Positions 11,721 through 25,349 of a stretch of 64,000 nucleotides of DNA are shown piece after piece. The stretch is taken from NCBI RefSeq assembly GCF_001194135.2, contig NC_069005.1, positions 842,542-906,541 of the forward strand, given 5' to 3'. The stretch's first letter is position 1, and every line of letters begins with the position of its first letter. The stretch is from Octopus bimaculoides. Its lineage: Eukaryota. The position numbers were made by a program, and so were the translations under genes. The notes beneath the pieces are model-generated. The model was not told where the DNA came from. It did no database searches and saw only the letters and a list, made by a program, of their open reading frames with translations.

Positions 11721-12491
11721 CTGGTTGACCAGTTTTGTTCATCATCTCTTTCTCAATACCATTTCACTGAGCTTCATGAAAGTTTATACACACACACATC
11801 ATCTTTTAACATTCATTTTCCATCCTCGCATGGTTTGACAAGAGCTGCCTGGGCTCCCAATCATCTGCTTTAGCATGGTTTCTACAGCTGAATACACTTC
11901 CTAATGCCAACCACTTTACAAAGCGCACAGGGTGCTTTTATGCAGCACCAACACCCACAAACCTGCAAGATTAGGATCACTCAGCTGAAGGGAGGATGCA
12001 GGGGACATGCTTGTATGCATGGATAACCACCATTTCACTTACCTTGACAGGTATTCTCAAGCACAGCCCCCCCCCACCCCCGTGAGGCCCAACACCGGAA
12101 GATCCTTTCTTACCACTTTGTTTCAGGAGAATGAATGCCATAATAATAATAATAATAATGTCCATGCAAGTTCTATTCCTCCTCCACAACTGGAAGACTG
12201 GTTTGGCAAACCAGTGGCCAAAGGGGATGAGATAACCAGAGATAACACATTCTCTATAATACATTCACAGGAATTACCAGACTGCAGTAGTTGTTGACAC
12301 AAGAGTTATGAAGGACTGTCATCCCAAGAAACCAACCCAGTACTGAAGGAATCCCAAATTGAGGACACTTGTCAGAGGAGTTAAAAAGAGTATCCCACCA
12401 TAGAAACCATGTTAAAGCAGACACAAGAGAACAACACAGCCCTCAGACCCTCCAACTGATGCCAACATGGACATTAACTGGTGAGGAGGAT

Positions 12492-12497
12492 TTTATT
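12492..12497 (-). terminator. Candidate PP1 polyadenylation signal (implies a ~1.9 kb 3' UTR)
   Basis: AATAAA on the - strand followed ~55 nt later by GU-rich gctgtgttgttctcttgtgt. One of several possible sites. Confidence 0.3.
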
Positions 12498-14399
12498 CCA
12501 GCCTTTTCCACTTTGTCAAACACCCGTGTGTTTGCCACGTGCGCATCCACCCGTTCAGGCAGTAAACACTAGTTGGAATCTCAGTTAACGAGTATCTGCC
12601 AATAAAGAGTAAACAGAAGCAGAGAAGGCCAGTGTTTGGAGAGCAGCAGCAGGAATTGGAAAGGGAGGGAAATTTAGTTGAAAATCCTTTTTTCACCAAA
12701 TGTATAAAAAAGGGGCTGAAAAAGAAAAAGAATCTTTCTGGAAAAAAAAAAAAAAAAAACTGAAAAAGAATCAGGATAGAAAAAGAGATGCAATTATTTC
12801 TTTTATTTTTCTCAAAAGACAAAATGATGCAGAGGGGGAAACAAATTCAAGAGAAAATCTAGAGAAAATAATTTAGAAAAAGCCTATTGAATTAAAAAAT
12901 CAAGTTGTCATTGACAAGGTGAATTGGTTGGAGACGTTGGGTCAATCTTCTGATAGCAAGGCTAAAAGCAGTTGTCACTTGAGTTTTTAATATAGGTTTG
13001 GTGGTGGTGGTGGTGGTGGTGGTGGTGACGGTGGTGGTGGTGGTGAAAGTAGTGATTAGCTACAAGAGGAAACGGAGAGGAAAATGAAAATACAGAGCAA
13101 CGACAATGAAAAACAGAGAGAGAGAGAGAGAGAAAGAGAGAGCACATGTGATAAAGAATAGAAAGAGTAAAATGTGGCAGATACATACATACACATACAC
13201 ACATATATATACACATACACCTACACACACAAAAATTAAAAATGTTAAGAATTAAGACTAGTAACAAAAATGAAATGAGTGAAGAGATCAGAAAGACTGA
13301 CTGAAAAAGTAATTCTATAGAAACTGAGAAACCATCCACCACCAAACCATCCACGCCCATCCACACAAAATGACAAATCCACTTTATCAAAAGACAACAA
13401 AACTATCTTACAGAAGAAAGAAGAAAAAAGAAAGAAAAATAAGGCCAATGGATTTATACAGATGCTTCTTTTAAACAGCGAAGACCAATCATTCTTGGAT
13501 GAAAGAAGATAATATTGAGATTATATAGAATGGACAGACGGATGCCTGCACTAAACCATGCTGCCACCAATGTTGGTTGGTGATGAGTTTCTTGCTGTTG
13601 TTGGTTACTATACCCTACAAAAATTTCATTTAAGATCCCAGCAATCTTTTATCTCCCTTCTCTTTCTTGACTTACCCTCACTTTTTTTTTTTTTTTACTT
13701 CTTTTAAACATTAAGAGATAAAAACAGTGGCTCATTGCTGAGAACTGATTAAAAATAAATGATGCTGGTTTACAAGAGGAGAGTTTACAGTTCAGAGCTA
13801 AATCAGAAAGTTTCAGGTCAAGAAAAAAAAAAGAAACAACCAAAATGNNNNNNNNNNNNNNNNNNNNNNNNNNNNNNNNNNNNNNNNNNNNNNNNNNNNN
13901 NNNNNNNNNNNNNNNNNNNNNNNNNNNNNNNNNNNNNNNNNNNNNNNNNNNNNNNNNNNNNNNNNNNNNNNNNNNNNNNNNNNNNNNNNNNNNNNNNNNN
14001 NNNNNNNNNNNNNNNNNNNNNNNNNNNNNNNNNNNNNNNNNNNNNNNNNNNNNNNNNNNNNNNNNNNNNNNNNNNNNNNNNNNNNNNNNNNNNNNNNNNN
14101 NNNNNNNNNNNNNNNNNNNNNNNNNNNNNNNNNNNNNNNNNNNNNNNNNNNNNNNNNNNNNNNNNNNNNNNNNNNNNNNNNNNNNNNNNNNNNNNNNNNN
14201 NNNNNNNNNNNNNNNNNNNNNNNNNNNNNNNNNNNNNNNNNNNNNNNNNNNNNNNNNNNNNNNNNNNNNNNNNNNNNNNNNNNNNNNNNNNNNNNNNNNN
14301 NNNNNNNNNNNNNNNNNNNNNNNNNNNNNNNNNNNNNNNNNNNNNNNNNNNNNNNNNNNNNNNAAAAAAAAAAAAAAAAAAAAATGGAGATCCAAGTCT

Positions 14400-14504
14400 T
14401 TACATTTTCCCTTTGCCTTTCACAGTCCCTCGGGGTGGAGTGACAGGTCGACCGGAATTCAAGCCTCCATATAAAAATTTCTTTTTATCAGCTGGTTTTA
14501 ATAT
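14400..14504 (-). CDS. PPP1C: PP1 terminal coding exon 7 (105 nt incl. stop, [34 protein letters not shown])
   Basis: Acceptor tttctttgttccag|; RPVTPPR inhibitory Cdk phosphosite motif; TAA 14402-14400. Exons total 52+132+231+105+224+135+105 = 984 nt = 327 aa + stop. Confidence 0.96.
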   Translation of the reverse strand: MLKPADKKKFLYGGLNSGRPVTPPRGTVKGKGKM

Positions 14505-14869
14505 CTGGAACAAAGAAAAAAAACAACATAAAACTAAATAAATAGTTACAAATTGACAAACTGACAAAACAAAGTCTGATGGTTTAGATTTTAATTAAAA
14601 CGAGCTTAGCTTTTGTTGCTAGAAAATGAGTTATTAGCTTAACATTGTCAACCTCTGCACTTTGACAATAACTTCAATATCTGGTGCCAAAGCCTGATTC
14701 AGTTTGCAGACAGAGTACAAGAAATGAAGCTAGAAAAATATTAGAGCCAAGAGATTCTAACCTTCTCAACTTGATCCACACCAAAAATAGAAATAATGAC
14801 AGAACTGTGATTGACAGAGATGAAAAGTAACATGGGTTTCTTTCCAACTTTAGCCTCACACCTGGTATA

Positions 14870-15100
14870 AAGCCAACTCGCTCAATACCACAGCCCCACT
14901 AAGTCGAGGGGTCTTTTCTTGCAAGTCACTTGGTGACCCCACTACTGCTGGTGACATGAAAAATGGACCCAGTGCACTGTGTAAACCATGCCAAAGCAGA
15001 CATGAGAGCTCAATGCAGCTGCTGGCTTGTTTAGATCCCGTTGAACCATCCAGTCCATGCCAGGATGAAAGATGGAAGCTAAATGATGGAGATGATGATT
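14870..15100 (+). mobile_element. SINE body in PP1 intron 6
   Basis: gtcacttggtgacccactactgctggtgacatgaaaa...catccagtccatgccaggatgaaagatgg..gatgatg, same family as 49320-49700. Confidence 0.65.
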
Positions 15101-15197
15101 TTAACTCAAAAGAGACTGTTCATTTAATTTTCCTTTAAAAAGACAAAAATAAAATTTTTTTTTTTTTAAAAGTAACAGCAGCATTTGGAACCAATCA

Positions 15198-15338
<141 letters not shown>

Positions 15339-16144
15339 CTAAAATAGAAAAGACAAAAGGGCAAGAGTTTTGAATTTGTGAATTACAAGAAGCATTTCAA
15401 TAACTGATAAACAAAAATCAAGTGAAATGTAGATGTAAATGTTGAAAACTTTGTTTCATCCAATAATTGTATGTCTCAATGTAGTTTATGCAGCTACGAT
15501 AAATGTCTAAATTAGTTAAGAGATAATTCAGGATTAATAAACTAAAACTCTATATACTACAATGAAATTGTCTACTTGTGTGCTCAATATCTGAGAGAAG
15601 CCATATTACGTAATTGCACGTGCTGCCATGCTGTTGCATAACTCATACCTATGGTGCATCGGCAGAACACCAGAGATAAGCCACAGACTTAACATCAATT
15701 GAATATCAATACTTTGCCTACTTATCATTAATAAATAACGGTGAACTCTTCAATCAAGTAACTGAAAGTGTTGTCCAATCCAGACACTGTTAAAACCAAG
15801 GTCAGCTGTAAGAATGATGATAAATTATTAAATGGCTGCAGTGTTGATAAATTATTAATAGTGCTATTTTAAGTAACGATTTTATGCTAAATGAATTTGT
15901 ATATAAATTTTACAAATTTACAATTTACAATTTATTTTGTTTCATGCTGGGAGCCCACCATGAACACTTTTATACACTATTCTGTAACTATACAAGCAAA
16001 TCAGTATCGTTTGAAATGGGCCCCTATGTAACTTATAGTAACCCAAGCTAACCGTTGTTTATAGGAAATTGTTCTAAGCATGCCATATATATGCTCCAAG
16101 TTCAAAACACACACACACACAGCTCGAGAGAGGATAAAGAGTTA

Positions 16145-16441
<297 letters not shown>

Positions 16442-16941
16442 TCAGAGACCTCAATGTTGTGGATATATTACTGTTAAGGGAAACTGAAATATCCATCACT
16501 TCAATGGTCAGTTTATACAAGTCAACCAAGTCACTAATGTACAAACACAATCAACTAAAAGATACTTTTACTGCTCAGCAATGAAAAAAAAAACCATGAC
16601 TTAATTCCAGTAAAACTTCTTCAGTTTTAACTTTTGATACAGACATTGTTGACAGGTCTTGTGAACAAATTAATTTTGACTCCACCTGTCATGCTTTACA
16701 ATAGAAAAAGGATTATAATGTAAAACCAATTCTGCTAAAAATATTTGAACATCCTAATTTAGAGTCGTACATCATTAAGTTTACTGGTATTTAATGTTGA
16801 AAGGAATAAAGAAAACAATTCAAACACAATCTGCACGAAATCATTCTCAGGCACCAAATTCAGATATTGTGAAGTTATTACCATTTTGCCAAATTATATA
16901 ATTTTCAACTATCACACAATGAAGCCAACACATTCACCACC

Positions 16942-16973
<32 letters not shown>

Positions 16974-16982
16974 CCCTTTCTA

Positions 16983-17245
16983 CCCCGAAAGGATGAAAGG
17001 CAAAGTTGATCTTGGGGCAATTTGAACTCAGAACGTAAAAACAGTCTAAATACCACTAAGCATTTTGCCCAGTGTGTTAACGATTCTGCCAGCTTGACAC
17101 CTTAATAATAATAATTATCATCATCATCATCATGGCTGGCAGAATCATTAGCACACCAGGCAAAATGCTTAGCAGCGATTCGTCTATCTTTACGTTGTGA
17201 GTTCAAATTCCATCAAGGTCAACTTTGCTCTTCATCCTTTCAGGG
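16983..17245. mobile_element. Two head-to-head copies of a second SINE family (16983-17093 on -, 17135-17245 on +) in PP1 intron 4
   Basis: Both carry gctggcagaatc..gcaaaatgcttag..tacgtt(c/g)tgagttcaaatt..aactttgc..tcatcctttc; other copies at 6470-6590, 9900-10020, 53330-53490 and 63590-63810. Confidence 0.85.
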
Positions 17246-18351
17246 TTGATAAAATAAGGACCTGTTGAGCACTCAAGTCAATGTAATCAACCCCTCCCCG
17301 CCAAAACTGCTGGCAAATTGTTTTTGTGCTATTTCATTTTCCTAAGTTTTCAAATGTTGCTGATGTTTTATTTTTAATCGCTTGTCATTAAAAAGCCACA
17401 CACCGAGATCAACTGCCCCAACTGCTCTTGTATAACCGAGATTTCTGGTGATGCATGAAAATGCTATCATTGTTAGAACATTTTTTAAAGTGAAGTTGAA
17501 AACAAAATTCGTAAACGTTCACAGTGAAAGTATGCCCTCCTCCTCCTCCTCCTCTATCTTACTTTATTCATACATACCAACAGTTAAAAGCGTTTATGTG
17601 CCGCAAGACTGAACAAGAGGAAATATCAAAAAACAGACAAAGGAAAATCTTAAGCAATTATGAATCTAGGCAAATACATGACTAAAGTGCATGACCTCAG
17701 TAAGCTATCAACAAAGAATAGTCTATAGAGAGTCTATGATTTATTAAAAATCTAGAAGATATTGGCATATGATAGCGAAATAAACTATAAAGAAGTGCAC
17801 AGCCGAGGGAATCTAGGTAGAGGTAGTGCACAGGTTGATAATCAAGGGGTTCAGAAGTAAGTCAACCAGAGGGCTGTTAAGGGTAGTTGTCTAAGTGTAA
17901 AGCAAGAGGCACAGAATGCCTAATGTGTGGGATCATGTTGAATCTCTGTAAAGGGGTCAGCAACTGCTCTCAATAAAAAGTTATTATTTGGATGAATGGT
18001 TTGTGGTTGCCTGGAAATTCAACATTGCAAATTATAAACATTTACAGCAACTTCAAAGATTTTAGCTCTCTGTTGTTTACGTTTCAGAAAGACTTGCATC
18101 TTGGTATAAGCTCTAACGAAAAAAAAAACTAACAAATAAAACATTTGAAATAGCAAATACAACTTTTTTAAGTAGGTAGTGATCTTATTTAATAAGTGAT
18201 TATGTTAGTATCAAGAAAAAAATGCTCACATTCTAATAAGCTTACTATTTAATAGATTACATAACTGATTAATGGATGATTACAACAAAATATAGAACAT
18301 CATTAAAAATCAAAGACAAGCAACAAGGTAATAAAATGTCCTTGGAATTTA

Positions 18352-18762
<411 letters not shown>

Positions 18763-19858
18763 TTAAGAGCAATTTGAATACCCCAAAACATAAATGACTT
18801 TCAATTAATTTACATATTGTTAATTGGTATTTGTATACGACTGTTATTATAAAAACAGGCATCAAACATTTCTCTCACCTGGTCTAATTTAGCACAAAAA
18901 ATATAATTGATTAAAGTTTTGGTTTCACATTGTGGAGCTTTGAAGTTGTTACAGAACACTGATTGGATTAAAATAGCTTCTTTTTTTTTAATTTAAAAAG
19001 TTTTTTTTTATTACTTTTAACTGATAAGCAGAATAAAAATATGCAGGTATGTATTTGTTGTTAAGAAACCGTTTCGAGGGTTGTCAAGGCTGAGTGAGAA
19101 ACTGTCATAGCCAGAGACAACACTAAGAGCTCCCAGTCAGTGGGTGCAATGGGAGCCAACACATTGAAGGAAAGGGCATCCGAGCACTAATTCTTGCTCA
19201 ATATTTAAACCTTTTCTCCCCATATTTCTAACTAAAAGCTTTTGGATAAAAATAGCCCCAAAGGTCACGAGAATACAAAATTCACATCATAAAAATGTCA
19301 ACTAGAGTATAGTAAACATTCATTGCATGAAATCACGTTATCAATGGTGAAGTAATGAGATTCATGACAATATTTTGAATTAGTATATGAATAGGTAGCC
19401 TTAGGTAGTTTAGTCACAAAAGGGCCATTGACCGATCAAATTCATGAAATATAATCTGTGCATACAAACATAACAGAAATTGTTCAACGAGAGAGAGAGC
19501 ATGTTTAGTTGAAGTGAAATTTCATTTCACATTCCTAAAATGTTGACGCACGAGGAAAGAAAAATTGCTTGAGAAAAAAAAGCTTACTTTCATTTTCTTT
19601 GCCCCTCCCCAGGAGATGATTATTTCTACCAGTGTAGCATTGCTGGCACAAATACTGTAGGAATTAATAAGTTGTTGAATGAAGACTTATAAAAACCATG
19701 CTTTCTGTTGGGGCTTGTTCACTTCCCTGTTATGCATGGGTCACCTCTTCCCCCATTCTTTATGTCATTTAAACATTAGTTTCTCTAGTAATTCTATTTG
19801 GAGAGGGACATAATTACAGGCAACATTGAGCAGGTTAATAATGAGTTAAATTTATTTA

Positions 19859-20290
<432 letters not shown>

Positions 20291-22489
20291 TTATTTGATA
20301 AAATCTAGGAGTCTTTATTAGCAATGATACAGAAACCCTTAAGTAAAAGTTATCAAAGCATCTGAGTGTAGAATATTTTTAGAGGCAGATGAAGAGGCTT
20401 TTTACAAGTCTGTGAAATAAATACATCAATTATTGTTAAATATATTTAAGTTAATCATTTGTCCTAATAACTACGAGGTCTTCTAACTACACACAACAGC
20501 AATCCAGATTGACTCAGGAGGTGCCGATCCACTGACCCTCCAGATGCAAAAACCAGAACCCAGAATTCTTGTGAAAATAGTTCGGTATGAGTGAGAGTCT
20601 GCACACACACACACACACACTGCTAAACCCGTGTTCTTTTCACACTTATTGCCTCCGTACCCCACTCCCTGGATTACTCATTCACTACAATCTCATCTCC
20701 CTCCAGTCTCCTCTTCCTTTCCAATCACCATTACATCCACTATTCCCATTTCTACTAATGATCCCTCTTAACTACCAATTTCTCTAAACGTCTTAACAGG
20801 ATTCAGGGGTTTTTGTCTCAAGCTCATTCATCAATTAGAGAATGACCCCGTCATTCCCAATAACAAAACTGTCGAAATGGAATCTGTATTTGTGTTTAAA
20901 ATGGCACAGCCATTACTGTAACACATAAGAGGATTTAGCAGAACAGGACACGGAATTATACTTCAGCCATTAATGACACTATGAATGCTTATTTAATCAT
21001 CAAAGTTTGGCAATATTTTATCAGGCTCAAGTAAAGCATGTTCATTTCAAATACTGGATTTAATATTTTTAAGTTTGAATGGCCAAAGACAACTTTCCTT
21101 TAGCATAGAATATAAAAGACTGATCAAAGACTTGAAGCTATCAACATTTGAAAGTGGATTCTATAACAACAAATATTAAATTGACTCAATAACTCGATGT
21201 GGTGCCAGAAAGAACCAATAAAGTTGCATCAACAATTTAATCACAAATCATTTAAACAAATGGTTCTAGATATAAGCGCAAAACCAAGCGAAGACATTGA
21301 AAAACATTATTGATGTTAGTGAAGTTGCTTTTGACAACGTTTAAGTAAGGAATGGCTGTGGTTAAGAACTTCACTTAACAGCCATGCGATTCGAGTCTTC
21401 GATTTTGCTGTGCAACTTTTGGGAAAGAGTCTACCATAGCCTAAGGTTAAACAATACCATGGGAATGGAATTTGGTTCAACATCCTGTAAACTTCCAACA
21501 CTTCTCATGTCATCTTCAACAATCAGTCACCCACAAACCATCATAGCAAACTCTCATGTTTTTAATGACCAACTGCTTCATCAGTGCACTTGTGCCATTT
21601 CATGTATCTGATGGGGCTCACCTTATTTCTTTAGATTCCAGAGATATTCCACATTGTCCAGCCATATCTCACATACTTTATAAAGCCAACATACTACACA
21701 AAGAGGTTCCTTGTTGCAAATAAAAAAACAGCTTCTTTAACCACTGGCATCCTTTATTTCAACTATACTTCTGCTGCAATCTCCTGAGTATAAAACGTGT
21801 AGCCACCACCCATTCCCTTCTTTTATATCATATTTTAACTTCCCAGATTTTTCATTTCTCCATTTTACAGACATTGTCATATACAGAAAAAGTTTACTGG
21901 GATTATCATTTTTGCAGGTTAGCAACAGCCAAAATATTAGTTGACAAATTGTTATGACCCAATTTTCAGTTCAAATAAATTTATATATTAAAAGAAGTGG
22001 GGCGGGGATCAACACTTAATTGAATGCCCCTGTTACCATTATTTTATGCAATGGATAGTTTTAGAAAATAATTGCAGCGAGGATTTTAGTTAGATATGCT
22101 TCAAAGCATAAATTGCTGGGGAGTGAGGAGAAAACATATTTTTACCTAAGCTCACTCAGGTTGTAAGCCTACCTGTTACAATACACGGTTAGGCTTTAAA
22201 ACTGTCATCTCTGGATTTTTATGCAACTTAATAATTCTGCCAGAATAACTTTACAAATAATAGTCACAACTCCCATCACCAGTTGGCAATTGGGGCACCA
22301 ATAAGGACTATAGCCATAGCAGTGATTGAACTCAGCATTGTAGATTAATGAATTTTAGAGCTCCATGCGTATACAGCACTGAGCTGTAGAAGATCATCAA
22401 CATTATCTTAATCACTTTTTAATCATTGCTGGACGACCTATAAAACAATAACCAAAAAGTTAACTTTTATTTTGTCCTCTTCGTTACAC

Positions 22490-22720
22490 ATCCGACTGCA
22501 TGGCCATGTTGCTCAATTTGTGTTCTCTTCACTGAGGATCCGGCTGGGGTGACAGCTCATGTTGGTGAACCACATGATCATGGCAGAGGAGGAGCTATTT
22601 TGTAGAGATGGAGATTGACGGGGAATCCGCTCAACAAGTTGCTCGGGAGGACTTGGGAAATATACCGACAAATGACAAAAGCAGCAACGTGCTGCAATGG
22701 CACATGACCCCACACCCGAC
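22490..22720 (+). mobile_element. 3' end fragment of an RTE-like LINE
   Basis: RLHGHVAQF... and MEIDGESAQQVAREDLGKY... resemble RTE ORF2 C-termini; locally higher GC. Confidence 0.5.
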
Positions 22721-24561
22721 GACCTCCTCGTAACAGGAGAAGTTGCTAATTTAAATTAGAGTGGTTCGTCTGACACCAAATGGAAAGAAAAGCCAACATA
22801 GAATAACTTCAATGATAAAGTGTTGAAATTTTAAATGAAAGGCTAAAACAGATTTTCAAGAGAAACAAAATAACAGCAGCCAGTCACTAATCTATAAATA
22901 AGTCACAGTGCATTCTTGGTAGATTCTTTCAGGAATCAATATAATTACTTGGAAATTTATTTTCAGCCAAAAAATAAATTATGTACACAAAATGAAACAA
23001 GGAACAGGTTTATGAAATAAAAATTCTAAATAAGTCACAGGCAACATTACACACTGTTTTAAACATCCACTACCACAATGCTTAGAGTTATAAATACTTT
23101 GATTTTTTTTCTTCTTTTTACAAGTAAACCAGTAACATAATGAAATTGTTCCGATCTATAAAAACAAAACACCTCAGCTTCTAACAAATATTGGATATTC
23201 AGTCAAACAGCAGTCAAATTTAACCTCATAGCAAGAAATTAATAAAAATCAATAAGGTCTTTAGTTAGCACCAAAAAATGTCTGCATGCATGAGCTTACA
23301 GAAAATTGAAGGAAAATATTACTTGAGAACAATCAATTTAAAATATGCTACAAAAATGAAACAAGAAAAAAGATTATTTTTTTTTCCCCTAGATAACCTT
23401 CAAAAGATGAGATTTAAAATAAATATCAATAGGAACACTACTGACAACAGAAGCTGAAGTAAAACTAAAAGGTTGACGACAGTGTACCTCAACTCTGAAT
23501 TGATTTCTTAGGAATAATCTAAATAATCTAAAGCCTCGAGTAAAACAAGCAGCTTCTGCATTTATCAATTTTAAAATCTTATCTAACCCAATTTGCTTGA
23601 TGTCAATTGATCTGTGGAATGAAGAACAAAAGTTAAAGATATGGATTCTTATTTGCACAAGACATTCTATGTTAACAATGAATTAATTTTTTTTTTTTTA
23701 AAGCATAACCTCAATTAATTCTATTCAAAAATGAAGCAAATTCATTTTACTGAAAGCAATCAAAATACCATCTAAGCACCGGGAATTGTTCTTTAAATCC
23801 AAGTCAAATCAAAGAATGAGATCCCAGCTGTGATTATCTCATTTTTTTAAAGAAATAGTATATCTAGGGCTGCAATATCCAATATATTCTTTCTTTAAAA
23901 CTGCTGGGTGTGATTTGAAGAAAAACTAGTTACTATTTCTAGCAGGTTCAGTAACAGAGGGAAGACACCTTTGTTAAATCAAACACCCAAGTATTTGAAA
24001 AACTGAACTTTGGAGACTATAGTCACTGAACCTGTATAGTTTATGGTTACAAGAAACAATTTTGCAGCCCACGTAAAATAGAGATACCAGGTGTCAGTTG
24101 ACAGGTGAACAAATGCAAAAATATATGAGAGGAGGACAACTCACCAGCTAGTATTTGTTAGCTAATCAAATACTGATGCGTACCAATGGTATTTGTTGAT
24201 TGTCATATACCACAAGAGCCTTACATATGTAAGGTCATTCAATTCTTATTTGCCAGATTATAGTTATCATGGAGATGGGGGAAAAAAATCCATGTTGCCA
24301 TTAGGCATATCTTAGTCTCAGAAGAGGTGAGATATCCACAAGTAACAACTGGTATCTTTCTCAATGCTAACACTGAGACACATACAAATTGTGAAGAAGT
24401 AGTTACAATGAGTAAAGCAGCTATTTCTGATATTACAAATCAATATTAATTAACATGCCATTTTAATTAAATCTGGCATTGAATTCATATGCCTTTATGT
24501 AAGGAAATTACATCAAACAGTTTTATAACTAAATTCTCTTGCCTGGTCTATATATAATCCT

Positions 24562-24781
24562 TTAACCCTTTCAATACCAACCAAAGACTACCCATAGTCT
24601 TGGGTGATTTAAATTAAACCCTTTCAACAAAATTTTATGTTAATTTATATTGCAAACACCAGCTCAATAATGACAAAGTTATTTTATTTCATTATTTTCA
24701 AAATTAACTGAAACCAAAAAAAATGTCTTTCAGCAGAGTTAATTGTACACTTTAGTTTTAGTCAGTGCCCTCAAGGGTTAA
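24562..24781. mobile_element. TTAA-flanked MITE, second subfamily
   Basis: TTAA-CCCTTTCAATACC ... CAAGGG-TTAA; a related left end lies at about 37890. Confidence 0.55.
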
Positions 24782-25160
24782 TTGATCATATTAACCCAAG
24801 TACTTCAATCCTTATCAGAACAGTTTTTAGACAGGAGTAAACACAGACACAGACACAACAGGCTTCTACACACTTTCCCTCTTCCAAATTCCACTCACAA
24901 TTCATAACCCAACACTATAGTTAAAAAACCCCCCACCTGTCTAATGGATGCCAGTAGCATCAAACCCAGAACTGCAAGGTTGTAAAGCAAATTTCTTAAG
25001 CACATAGCCATGTTTCTTTTTATATTTAATTTTATATGTTTCTTTTTATATTTAATTTTATTTAATTTTTACATTTCCAAAGAAACTGTTTGATAATGAA
25101 ATAACAGAAAACCCAAGACAACTGACTAATTTTTTTTTTTTCTGTATTGTAATGATTTCA

Positions 25161-25349
<189 letters not shown>

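Noticed and set aside
12007-12297. 96-aa + strand ORF with acceptor-like sites
   Set aside because: Includes (AAT)n and a poly-C run, has no recognisable homology and no partner exons.
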